A DNA stretch of 64,000 nt from Minisyncoccota bacterium (GCA_036517375.1 DATDWM010000018.1:9004-73003), one strand, 5' to 3'. Numbered from the stretch's first letter, positions 18,228-27,645 are shown. The notes: generated from the letters alone by a model not told the origin. Numbers and translations: made by a program.

Positions 18228-18998
18228 CTATTTCTTTCTTATTTCAAAAATAACATACATAGGAATTTTTGAATATATTTTGTAGAATTCAGGTTTTACT
18301 TTGAGAACAGATTTCAATGGTTTTGGTTCAATAAAATCTGAAACTATAAACCCGCTTTTTAATATGTCACTTATCATTGCAGAAATAGGTCGATGATAAT
18401 AAGTCACTTTAAAATCATCAGACAGAACATCACTTACTTTTCTTGTAGCTAAGTAATCCCCAAAAATCTTACCTTCTTTAGATCCATTATTTTGATACCC
18501 CATTAGAAAAGATTTTTTACCTACTGCTTTATTTATTTCCGCCCCCCACTTAACTGGGTGGTGTGTTGAAAAAAGAAATGTTCCATTTTTCTTTAGTATT
18601 CTTGAAACTTTAGTAAGTATTTTTGTCCAATCTTTTGAATAGTGTAATGCTAAGCTGGAGTAGATGAAATCAAAAGAATTATCAGGGAAATTTAACTTTT
18701 CCATATCCATAGTATGAAATTCTAAATTAGGGATAGTTTTCTTTAAAAAATTAATACGTTCATTTGATATGTCTATACCAACAACTCTTTTTGCCCCAAG
18801 AGACTTTATATGCTGACATTCTTCACCTGTACCACAACCTATACATAATACCGTTTTTCCTTTTAAGTTTGGAATTTTTTTATACATAGCTGGTTTCTCT
18901 AGATATGTATGCTTTATGTTTTTTCCGCTCCGCATTTTTTCAGCACATTTTATGGTGTATTTATTATAGGATTCGATTGTGGTTTTGTCTGTGGGCAT
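18228..18998 (-). CDS. Class I SAM-dependent methyltransferase
   Basis: Motif I VLCIGCGTGEE and motif post-I VVGIDIS. 256 aa. The only minus-strand gene in the AT-rich island. Confidence 0.75.
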   Translation of the reverse strand: MPTDKTTIESYNKYTIKCAEKMRSGKNIKHTYLEKPAMYKKIPNLKGKTVLCIGCGTGEECQHIKSLGAKRVVGIDISNERINFLKKTIPNLEFHTMDMEKLNFPDNSFDFIYSSLALHYSKDWTKILTKVSRILKKNGTFLFSTHHPVKWGAEINKAVGKKSFLMGYQNNGSKEGKIFGDYLATRKVSDVLSDDFKVTYYHRPISAMISDILKSGFIVSDFIEPKPLKSVLKVKPEFYKIYSKIPMYVIFEIRKK

Positions 18999-19303
18999 GT
19001 TTAAAATTCATTATTATTATAGATTCTGGTAAATTTGAGTTTTATGTATAATTATATGCTTTATTGTATACAAGTTATCTGTACAATACAAATTATACTC
19101 ATACAGCTTATTATAAGTACCCTTTAAAGGGGTACGGGGGTCGTTTTCCGGGGTCCGGATACCCCCTGATGATACTTATGATGTTTTAGTAAAACATGCT
19201 ATATTTTGAAGGGCATTAAGACTTGTTTTAATCAAAGAGTGGTCTTTTATTAATTCTGAAATCCACTCTGAAAGCCCGCACATAATGTAAGAGAATTCCC
19301 AAA

Positions 19304-19924
19304 ATGCCTAACTTTAAATACAAAGCAATAATTTTTGATTATGACGATACTTTAGTCGAAAGCAGAAAGCAAAAGTGGGACCAGCATAAACACGTTGCCA
19401 AGAAATTTTACAACATAGATATTACTGATGGTGACCTAGGAGAGCATTGGGGTAAGCCGCTACATCTACTTGTGGAAGGTTTATATAAACTTTCAGACAC
19501 GGTAGAAAATATCTATACCAACTTAGCATTAACTCGAGACGATTTCAGAAAAGTTGTGTATGAAGGATCGGTCGATTTAGTGAAAAGACTCCTAAAAGAT
19601 AACATAAAAATCGGGGTAGTGTCAGCAACTGCTCGTCGCTTTTTAATTGATGACTTGAAAGATCATGGATTTCCCCTAGAAGATTTTATAATAGTTCAGG
19701 GTGCGGATGATACCCTAGTACACAAGCCGGACCCAGCTGTCTTCACGCCTGTTTTAGAAAAGCTAAGTAAGGAAGGAATTAAAAAAGAAGAAATAACTTA
19801 TGTGGGGGACTCTATCACCGACCTGGAAGCTGCGCATAAGGCAGGAATTAGTTTCGTTGCTATAACCACTGGCCTCTATTCGGAAGAAGATTTTAAAAAA
19901 TTGGGCGCAAAGACTATAATATAA
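19304..19924 (+). CDS. HAD-superfamily hydrolase (phosphatase-like)
   Basis: Motif I FDYDDTLV (DxDxT), motif III K, motif IV VGDSITDLEAAHKAG. 206 aa. Confidence 0.75.
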   Translation: MPNFKYKAIIFDYDDTLVESRKQKWDQHKHVAKKFYNIDITDGDLGEHWGKPLHLLVEGLYKLSDTVENIYTNLALTRDDFRKVVYEGSVDLVKRLLKDNIKIGVVSATARRFLIDDLKDHGFPLEDFIIVQGADDTLVHKPDPAVFTPVLEKLSKEGIKKEEITYVGDSITDLEAAHKAGISFVAITTGLYSEEDFKKLGAKTII

Positions 19925-19962
19925 AAATATAAGAGAATTATTCAAAGTATTAAATAAATAAT

Positions 19963-20556
19963 ATGCTAGACTTTTTCGACATCCCATACCTTCTTATTAC
20001 CTTTGGCTACACGGGCATCTTTGTAATCATTTTCCTAGAATCTGGGATATTTTTTCCTCTACCAGGGGATAGCCTGCTTTTTACTGGAGGGCTCTTTGCG
20101 GCCACTATCGGCCTAAATATATACTTTCTACTAGTCGTTGTTTTCGTGGCTACATTTTTAGGCGGATTGGCTGGATACCAGGTTGGCGTTTACTTATACA
20201 AGCTTCACGACTATTCATTTTTCAGAATATTCCTCAAGAAGGAACACATTGACCGCGCGCACATATTTTTTGAAAAGCATGGACAGTTTGCCATTATGTT
20301 CTGCCGGTTTATTCCCATTATTCGCACCTTTACACCCATCGTAGCGGGAGTGGCCAAGATGAACTATCGAGAATTCGTAAAGTATAATACTTACGGTTCA
20401 CTAATCTGGACTTTACTCATTACCTTGCTTGGATTTTTCTTGGGTCACGTTTTCCCGGAAATTCAAAACCACCTATCTTGGATTATTGTTCTAATTGTTT
20501 TAATATCTTTTCTACCATTTTTGTTGAAGCTACGTCCGAAGCGTCGAGCCAAGTGA
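19963..20556 (+). CDS. dedA: DedA-family (VTT domain) membrane protein
   Basis: ESGIFFPLPGDSLLFTGG and RFIPIIRTFTPIVAGVAKM are typical of the DedA/SNARE-associated family. Multiple TM helices. Confidence 0.8.
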   Translation: MLDFFDIPYLLITFGYTGIFVIIFLESGIFFPLPGDSLLFTGGLFAATIGLNIYFLLVVVFVATFLGGLAGYQVGVYLYKLHDYSFFRIFLKKEHIDRAHIFFEKHGQFAIMFCRFIPIIRTFTPIVAGVAKMNYREFVKYNTYGSLIWTLLITLLGFFLGHVFPEIQNHLSWIIVLIVLISFLPFLLKLRPKRRAK

Positions 20557-21343
20557 TTTTCTTGTCGCGCTTGAACCAAGTCATCTGGCGCTTGGCGTAG
20601 TCGAGCGTAGCCTTCACAACACTCCCTACTGTCGGGTTATAGTATTCGAAGCCTAATTCTTGCAATCTTTTTTCTGGAATACCTAACTTTTTAAGTTTTT
20701 TAATTTCTCGTAATAGTCCTGATTTAAACATAACCCCAACTCTTTTTTCTACTTTCTTTTTTAATTTCTCGGGCGGTAAATACAAACCAATCTTTATGAA
20801 TTTATACGGAGGAGTTTCCTCCGTAACTGGCGGGACTTTACCTAAAGCCTTTGCGATTTCTATGGCTCTGATAATCCTTACTCGGTTTTGCGGATCAATT
20901 TCCCGAGATCTTCTCTTATCTAATTTTTTTAACTCAGTAACTAACTCAGGAGTTAATTTTTTATCTAATTCTTTTCTTAATTTTTTATTCGGCGGAACTG
21001 AAGGTAGGATTGTGCCTTTAGTCACGGCATCAATGTAGAATCCCGTGCCACCACAAATAATAGGCACATGCCCACGGGCTAGGATTTCTTTTATTTTTTC
21101 TTCAGCTAAAGTTTTATACAGAGAGACACTGAATTGCTTTTTGGGATTTGCCACGTCGAGCAGGTGGTGCGGTACGCCATGCATTTCCTCTTGCGTAATT
21201 TTCCCGGTGCCGATATCTAGATTTTTATATATTTGTCTTGAATCAGCGGAAATAATTTCACCGTTCCACTTCTCGGCAATCTTTACTGCTAAACTACTTT
21301 TACCGGTAGCTGTTTGTCCTAGAATTACAAGAACTTTTTTCAT
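20483..21343 (-). CDS. miaA: tRNA dimethylallyltransferase
   Basis: P-loop LVILGQTATGKSSLA, then ISADSRQIYK..DIGTGK. 286 aa. Convergent 74-bp overlap with dedA as called. Confidence 0.85.
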   Translation of the reverse strand: MKKVLVILGQTATGKSSLAVKIAEKWNGEIISADSRQIYKNLDIGTGKITQEEMHGVPHHLLDVANPKKQFSVSLYKTLAEEKIKEILARGHVPIICGGTGFYIDAVTKGTILPSVPPNKKLRKELDKKLTPELVTELKKLDKRRSREIDPQNRVRIIRAIEIAKALGKVPPVTEETPPYKFIKIGLYLPPEKLKKKVEKRVGVMFKSGLLREIKKLKKLGIPEKRLQELGFEYYNPTVGSVVKATLDYAKRQMTWFKRDKKITWLDASDVASTKMVEKILKQLEQ

Positions 21344-21350
21344 ATTCCAA

Positions 21351-22673
21351 TTATTCTAAAATTTTTATGTCAGCGCCGATAGAATTGAGGCGCTTGACTA
21401 TGTCTTCATAACCCCTGTTGATCATGTAAACATTTCTTAATATTGAAGTTCCGGGCGCGGAGAGCATCGCAAGCATTATAACCATAGAGGGACGTAGTGC
21501 GGGTGGGCAGACTATTTCAGCAGGATTTAGCTTGTAGCCACCTTGAATATATAGACGGTGTGGGTCGGCTAGTTTTAAATTTGCCCCCATCTTACTTAGT
21601 TCAGTCAGATAGATGGCGCGGTTTTCGTAAGTCCAGTCGTGTAGCAGTGTTTCTCCTGTTGCTTTCATTGCAGGGATTACAAAGTAAGGCAGGTTGTCCA
21701 TGTTGATGCCGGGGAAAGGGTTGGCGTGGATCTTGTCATCAAGCGCAATAAATTCTGATGGATGAATTACTATGTCTACTAAATTAGTATGGCCATTGTC
21801 TGAAATGTACTTTTTTAAAATCTCATATTTGAGCCCCATTTTAAAAAGTTTATATAGTTCTAATTCTAGAAAATCTATCGGCGCATGTGTAATGGTGAGC
21901 TTCGAGTCGGTGGCTATGGCAGCAGCTATCAGAGTCATGGACTCAATAGGGTCTTCGCTATTGTGGTATTCTATCTTTTTATTTATGGATTCCACTCCAT
22001 GAATTACTAAAGTCGAGGTTCCTATTCCTTCTATTTTTACTCCACATTTTTCTAAAAAGAAGCACAGTTCCTGCACCATATAATTTGAACTAGTAAACTT
22101 TACCGTAGTTTGACCAGGGATTAAAGCTGCTGCCATTAATATATTTTCGGTTGGAGTGTCGCCTGCTTCATACATTACGATTTCTCCAGCGGAAAGTCCG
22201 CTGTGGGTTACCACATATTCATCATGGGTAACTTTAATTTTTACTCCTAATTCTTCTAAGGCATAGCTATGAGCTGCTATTGTGCGCTTACCAAGGTTAC
22301 ATCCTTCGGCGTGTGGAATGTTGAAAGATTTTAGAAAATGAATAAGCGGGCCGATGACCATTAGTATCGAACGAGTTTTTATAGCTGAATCTTTATTTAT
22401 ATTTGAAAGGTCGAAACTCTCTGGAGGATTTATTTCTAAAGAATGTTCTCCTGTCCAAGAAACTTTAACCCCAATGCTTTCTAGGATTTCAATTACTCTA
22501 TTTACTTCTTCAATTCTAGCGATGCCTTGTAGAGTAGTGGTGTCACGGTTGAGCAAGGAAGCACACAGAAGTCCCACGGAGCCATTCTTAGAATAGCCGG
22601 TACGGATACTCCCAGAGAGCTTTTTACCGCCTTCGATTTGAAAATCTGTGGAATTTTTTAACAATGTGTTCAT
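21351..22673 (-). CDS. murA: UDP-N-acetylglucosamine 1-carboxyvinyltransferase
   Basis: EPT-fold N-terminus KLSGSIRTGYSKNGSVGLLCASLL, which is MurA-type rather than AroA. 440 aa. Confidence 0.85.
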   Translation of the reverse strand: MNTLLKNSTDFQIEGGKKLSGSIRTGYSKNGSVGLLCASLLNRDTTTLQGIARIEEVNRVIEILESIGVKVSWTGEHSLEINPPESFDLSNINKDSAIKTRSILMVIGPLIHFLKSFNIPHAEGCNLGKRTIAAHSYALEELGVKIKVTHDEYVVTHSGLSAGEIVMYEAGDTPTENILMAAALIPGQTTVKFTSSNYMVQELCFFLEKCGVKIEGIGTSTLVIHGVESINKKIEYHNSEDPIESMTLIAAAIATDSKLTITHAPIDFLELELYKLFKMGLKYEILKKYISDNGHTNLVDIVIHPSEFIALDDKIHANPFPGINMDNLPYFVIPAMKATGETLLHDWTYENRAIYLTELSKMGANLKLADPHRLYIQGGYKLNPAEIVCPPALRPSMVIMLAMLSAPGTSILRNVYMINRGYEDIVKRLNSIGADIKILE

Positions 22674-22683
22674 TTTTTATTTG

Positions 22684-22765
22684 TGCCGGAGGAGAGAATC
22701 GAACTCTCACCCCTTACGAGACACGATTTTGAGTCGTGCGCGTCTACCAATTCCGCCACTCCGGC
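22684..22765 (-). tRNA. tRNA-Leu (anticodon CAA), class II with long variable arm
   Basis: Reverse complement reads GCCGGAGTGGCGGAATTGGTAGACGCG CACGA-CUCAAAA-UCGUG ...GAGTTCGATTCTC CTCCGGC A. Acceptor and anticodon stems are perfectly paired. 82 nt. Confidence 0.8.
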
Positions 22766-22857
22766 AACGAGTGCAATCCCCACATTTTACACAAAAAACA
22801 CTTTAAAATCAATTAAAATAAATTTTGTAAAATTATTTAATATGATAGAATAGACCC

Positions 22858-23859
22858 ATGTCCAACTTATATTCCAATTCAATCTTCTGGGTTGATACAG
22901 ATAAAATAAAACCAAACCCTTACCAGCCACGTAGGGATTTTGACGAAGCTCGCTTGCAAGACCTGGCTCTGTCCATCAAGCAATACGGGGTGCTTCAGCC
23001 ACTGACTGTTTCCCGAGTAGAAGTTGAAAAGGATGAAGGCGGGCTAGTAACGGAATATGAACTCATTGCTGGCGAGCGCCGCTTGCGGGCATCAAAGCTC
23101 GCTGGAGTGTCTCAGGTACCGGTCATCATCCGTGTAGGAGACACATCTATGATGAAGCTCGAGCTTGCAATCATAGAGAATTTACAGCGGGAAGACTTGA
23201 ATGTGGTTGACCGCGCACGGGCTTTTTTCCGTTTAGTTTCAGAATTTAAATTTACTCATAACGAAGTGGCTAAGAAGATGGGTCGCAGTCGAGAGTATGT
23301 TTCAAATACGCTACGAATACTTACTTTGCCGGAAGAAATTTTAAACGGACTATCGGAAGGAAAAATTACGGAAGGACACACCCGGCCGATACTTATGCTT
23401 GCAGATCACCCTGAGGAGCAGATGGTATTGTTTAAGGAGATTGTTTATAAAAAAATCACGGTGCGGGAAGCAGAAAGGTTGGCACGGAAAATTGCCTATG
23501 ACCGTGTACGAAAGAAAGAGTTTATGCCGGATCCGGAGATAGTTGAGCTCGAACGTGAATTCCAGGAAAAATTAGGTACTCGGGTAAACATTGAAAGAAA
23601 GGAGACCGGTGGACAGATAAAAATAGATTTCTTCTCGACCGAAGACCTCCGAACTATTTTAGATTTAATTAAACAAGAAATAAATGAAAAGCGGGGAGAC
23701 GAAATGATGGAGAATCACATTGCGAATCTGGAACCCGAAGGCAGAGCGGAGGAAGTAACGCCAGTAGCTCAAGCAGGGGTAGCGCTCGACGACCGAAGTA
23801 AAGACGAAGTAGAGTCAGATGATGACAAACTTTACAATATTTCGAACTTCAGCCTCTAA
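22858..23859 (+). CDS. parB: ParB/Spo0J-family partition protein, with no adjacent parA
   Basis: ParB box LIAGERRLRASKLAGVSQVPVIIR and an HTH region. The C-terminal tail of about 80 aa is acidic. 333 aa. Confidence 0.8.
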   Translation: MSNLYSNSIFWVDTDKIKPNPYQPRRDFDEARLQDLALSIKQYGVLQPLTVSRVEVEKDEGGLVTEYELIAGERRLRASKLAGVSQVPVIIRVGDTSMMKLELAIIENLQREDLNVVDRARAFFRLVSEFKFTHNEVAKKMGRSREYVSNTLRILTLPEEILNGLSEGKITEGHTRPILMLADHPEEQMVLFKEIVYKKITVREAERLARKIAYDRVRKKEFMPDPEIVELEREFQEKLGTRVNIERKETGGQIKIDFFSTEDLRTILDLIKQEINEKRGDEMMENHIANLEPEGRAEEVTPVAQAGVALDDRSKDEVESDDDKLYNISNFSL

Positions 23860-25358
23860 CTTTTACCGAAGGATTTAAGCTTTGAAAGTAAGGTGTGTTT
23901 TTCGAGGTAGGACTTGATGTGTTTCTTAGCTATTGTAGTCTTGGCATATTCTAACCACTTGCCGGAGGGATTAGAGTCTTTCTTAGTAATTACTTCGACG
24001 ATGTCGCCGTTTTTTAATTTAGTAAATATCTGAGACATCTTACTGTTTATTTTCACTCCGAAAACGTGGTTGCCAATGTCGGAATGTATTGAATAGGCGA
24101 AGTCTATCGGACTTGAATCTTCGGGAAGGTCCACCACGTCACCCTTGGGGGTAAAAATAAATATGCGGTCATTAAAGAAATCCATTCTTAAATGCTCCAT
24201 ATAGGTAGTGGGTTTGTCTGGAGAATAGTTGAGTTCCTTTAAGTCTTCAATCCATTTAAATTTCGATTTATCATTTAGGCCTTTTTTGTTATTTTCTTTG
24301 TAGGCAAAATGTGCCGCGATACCATACGCGGCTTCGGCGTGCATTTCCTTGGTTCTGATTTGGAGTTCAGCTACACCTGAGATGCCGGTAAATATTGTGG
24401 TGTGAATGGAGCGGTAGCCGTTAGGTTTAGGTATGGCTATGTAATCCTTGATGCGCCCTGGTAGTGGATTCCAGATAGAATGTATGATGCCCAACACTCG
24501 ATAACAATCCTCTACATTTTCTACTACTACTCGGAGCGCCACGATATCATAGATTTTATCAATATCCATTTCATACTTCAGTAATTTTTTATACAAGCTG
24601 TATTTGTGCTTCATGCGATAACTTATTTCGGACACGTTTATTTTACTTTTACTCAACTCCTTTTGTAAAGTGTCCCGCACTTCGAGTAGGCACTTTTCAT
24701 AAGAATCTTTTTTATCTTTTATTATATCTTCTGTCTCTCCATACTCCTTAGGATAGGCAAAAGGGAAGGCAGCATCCTCGAGCTCACCTTTAAGCTTTCC
24801 CATTCCGAGGCGGTTGGCGAGCGGCGCGTAGACGTCGATGGATTCCTTAGCTATTCTTTCCCGTTTGTCTTCCCGGACGTGTTGTAAGGTTCGGAGATTG
24901 TGCAGGCGATCGGCGAATTTTATTATCACCACTCGCAAGTCGTTGGCCATCGCCACGAAGAACTTACGCAAGCTCTCTACGTGGCGCTCATGGCCGTGAT
25001 ATTTAAGAGTGCCGAGCTTTGTTACGCCTTTTATTAAAAATAAAATGTCGGGGCCAAATTCTTTTTCAATTTCTTCTTCTGAAGTCTCTGTGTCCTCGAG
25101 GACATCATGTAGTAGCCCCGCGGCGATGGTCTGAGTATCCATTCCGAATTCCGCTAAATTCTTGGCTGTTTGAAAGGAGTGTGTAAAATAAGGTTCACCA
25201 CTCATCCTCTTCTGGTTTCCGTGGGATTTTTCAGCAAATGCATAAGCTTTTTGGATAAGCTCTTCTTCCTGCTTGCTTATCTTTCCACCCATAAGAGTAA
25301 TGATTTCCTTAACATTTGGCATAGGTGTTATTATACTACTTGATTTCAAGTTTGACAA
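23856..25358 (-). CDS. rel: Compact bifunctional (p)ppGpp synthetase/hydrolase (HD + synthetase + TGS, no ACT)
   Basis: HD motif HDVLEDT, synthetase motif GYRSIHTT, and a C-terminal TGS-like segment (IFIFTPKGDVVDLP...). 500 aa. Confidence 0.85.
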   Translation of the reverse strand: MSNLKSSSIITPMPNVKEIITLMGGKISKQEEELIQKAYAFAEKSHGNQKRMSGEPYFTHSFQTAKNLAEFGMDTQTIAAGLLHDVLEDTETSEEEIEKEFGPDILFLIKGVTKLGTLKYHGHERHVESLRKFFVAMANDLRVVIIKFADRLHNLRTLQHVREDKRERIAKESIDVYAPLANRLGMGKLKGELEDAAFPFAYPKEYGETEDIIKDKKDSYEKCLLEVRDTLQKELSKSKINVSEISYRMKHKYSLYKKLLKYEMDIDKIYDIVALRVVVENVEDCYRVLGIIHSIWNPLPGRIKDYIAIPKPNGYRSIHTTIFTGISGVAELQIRTKEMHAEAAYGIAAHFAYKENNKKGLNDKSKFKWIEDLKELNYSPDKPTTYMEHLRMDFFNDRIFIFTPKGDVVDLPEDSSPIDFAYSIHSDIGNHVFGVKINSKMSQIFTKLKNGDIVEVITKKDSNPSGKWLEYAKTTIAKKHIKSYLEKHTLLSKLKSFGKS

Positions 25359-25377
25359 ATTTGTTAAAGATTGTAGA

Positions 25378-27609
25378 TTACCCTTTTATTTTGTGTGGAT
25401 TATGCATTTTGCAACCCTTGTTACTACACCTTTCGGGGATGGTTTTTGTACCTTCCATTATAAGCGAGCTGCACTCTTTACAAATTTTCCCCGTGGGTTT
25501 AGCTTTAATTGCAAATTTACAGTCAGGGTAGTCGGAGCAAGAATAAAATATTCCAAATCTCCCTCGGCGTTCCATAATTTTACCCTTGTTACAGGTGGGG
25601 CAGGTGACGTCAGTCATTTTTCTTTTTAGTTCTTCCTCGTCTTGCTTAATAAATTTACACTTTGGGTAGCGAGAGCAGGCGATGAAAGTGCCACCGCCGT
25701 CCCGTCTTTCCTTAATAACGAGTTTCCCTCCGCCAGATTTACCCCTCTTCTCGCCACAAAGCGGACACATTTCACCAGTTTCCACTGGGCCTTTCAGTTC
25801 CGTACCGTCAAGCATAAGCGCGCCGTCGCAGTCGGGGTATTTAGAACAGGAGTAGAATTTCCCAGCGCGGGAGAGTTTAATTATCATAGCGCTGGCACAT
25901 TTCGGACATTTAATATTATCTGGCGCAACGCCTAAGTTTGTAGCTTTCTCTAGCGCTTCTTTTGATTTTACTTCTTTTAGGAATGGCCCGTAGAAATCTT
26001 TCAGAGTTTTTTCATATTCGCGTTCACCGCGGGAGATCTCGTCCAGCTCATCCTCCATAGTGGCCGTAAAGGTATCAGAAATATACTCCGCGAAATGTTT
26101 TTCTAAAAAGTCCGATACCACCTCACCCACATCTGTAGGGAACAAAGTCTTACCCTCTTTCCGTACATAGCCCCGGTCTTCAATGGTGCGCATGATGGAG
26201 GCATAGGTCGAAGGGCGGCCGATGCCACGGCTCTCGAGCTCCTTCACAAGTCCGGCTTCACTGTAACGGGAGGGTGGCTCAGTAAACTTTTCCTCGCTAG
26301 TCAAATCCAGTAGTTTTAATTTTTCTCCGGCTTTACATATTGGAAGTTCCACATCTTCACTTCGAGCCCCACTATCTACCTTGAGCCAGCCGGGAAAGAG
26401 GAGGCGCGAGCCGACAGCGCCGAAAGGAGGTAGGTCTTCGTGACCCTCTATAACTGCAATCACTTTTGTTTTTAACAGTTTAGCATCCGTCATCTGGGAG
26501 GACACTGCGCGCTCCCAGATTAAACGGTAGAGCCTGTCCTGGTCGTCATTACCAGTGTGGAGCTTTTCTACATGCGTTGGGCGGATAGCTTCGTGAGCTT
26601 CTTGAGCATTTTTGGATTTAGTTTTGTAAGTATGCGCTTCGGCGTATTCGGCTCCGTGTTCCTTTTTTATAAATGATAAAATCTGAGTCTGAGCGACAGC
26701 AGATAAATTTGTACTATCCGTACGCATATAAGTAATGTGCCCTTGTTCATAGAGCTTCTGTGCGATCTGCATAGTGCGAGAAGGGGAATATCCAAGTCGG
26801 GAGCTTGCAGTCTGCTGTAGGGTGGAGGTAGTAAATGGCGCGCGCGGAGAACGCTTTTGTTCAGATTCTTTTACGTCTTTAACCACCCAGGTACCATTTT
26901 TACCAACTTCCAAAATTTTATTTACTAGTTTTTCATCACGTGGTTCCTCACTACACTCTAAAGTAATTTTATCTTTACGGATGGTTTCAAAAATTCCAAG
27001 TAGCTTCCAATACTTTTCTGGAATAAATGCGCGGATCTCGCGCTCGCGTTCCATAATTATCCGCAAAGCTGGGGATTGAACACGGCCAGCCGAGAGCCCG
27101 TAACGAACTTTTTTCCAGATCAGTCCTGAGAGGTCATAGCCCACCAGTCGGTCGAGTACACGCCTAGCTTCCTGGGCCTTACGCAGGGATGTGTCAATCT
27201 TGCGCGGATGCTTTAGCGCTTCTTCTACAGCTTCTTTGGTAATTTCATGGAAAGTTACTCGCTCTATCGGAGCCTTAACCTTTTTATCTTGCTTAAGGAG
27301 GGTTTCGATATGCCAAGCGATAGCTTCACCCTCACGGTCGGGGTCGGTAGCTAATACTATAGAATTCGCTTTCTCTGCTAATTCCTGTAAATCATGCACC
27401 ACTTTTTCTTTACCCTTGGAAATTTCATAGAATGGAATAAAGCCACCCTCGATGTCGATGGCCTTCTTGTTGGACTTAGGTAAGTCCCGCACATGTCCTA
27501 CCGACGCGCGTACGGTAAAGCGGTCTGCCTTTGAAACAGATCCGTCGTCGAGATATTTTTCTATCGTCTTCGCTTTTGACGGAGACTCAACAATTAATAA
27601 TTTCATCAA
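25378..27609 (-). CDS. topA: DNA topoisomerase I with C-terminal zinc ribbons
   Basis: Toprim N-terminus LLIVESPSKAKTIEKYL, an active-site Tyr region, and three C4 zinc-ribbon repeats at the C-terminus. 743 aa. Confidence 0.9.
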   Translation of the reverse strand: MMKLLIVESPSKAKTIEKYLDDGSVSKADRFTVRASVGHVRDLPKSNKKAIDIEGGFIPFYEISKGKEKVVHDLQELAEKANSIVLATDPDREGEAIAWHIETLLKQDKKVKAPIERVTFHEITKEAVEEALKHPRKIDTSLRKAQEARRVLDRLVGYDLSGLIWKKVRYGLSAGRVQSPALRIIMEREREIRAFIPEKYWKLLGIFETIRKDKITLECSEEPRDEKLVNKILEVGKNGTWVVKDVKESEQKRSPRAPFTTSTLQQTASSRLGYSPSRTMQIAQKLYEQGHITYMRTDSTNLSAVAQTQILSFIKKEHGAEYAEAHTYKTKSKNAQEAHEAIRPTHVEKLHTGNDDQDRLYRLIWERAVSSQMTDAKLLKTKVIAVIEGHEDLPPFGAVGSRLLFPGWLKVDSGARSEDVELPICKAGEKLKLLDLTSEEKFTEPPSRYSEAGLVKELESRGIGRPSTYASIMRTIEDRGYVRKEGKTLFPTDVGEVVSDFLEKHFAEYISDTFTATMEDELDEISRGEREYEKTLKDFYGPFLKEVKSKEALEKATNLGVAPDNIKCPKCASAMIIKLSRAGKFYSCSKYPDCDGALMLDGTELKGPVETGEMCPLCGEKRGKSGGGKLVIKERRDGGGTFIACSRYPKCKFIKQDEEELKRKMTDVTCPTCNKGKIMERRGRFGIFYSCSDYPDCKFAIKAKPTGKICKECSSLIMEGTKTIPERCSNKGCKMHNPHKIKG

Positions 27610-27645
27610 GGCTAAGTATTACACGAAATAGTTTTTAAACGCAAA

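Noticed and set aside
11624-19303. Calling the AT-rich island a mobile element or prophage
   Set aside because: I could not find an integrase, transposase, att direct repeat of the tRNA 3' end, or phage structural genes. Reported as a compositional island only.
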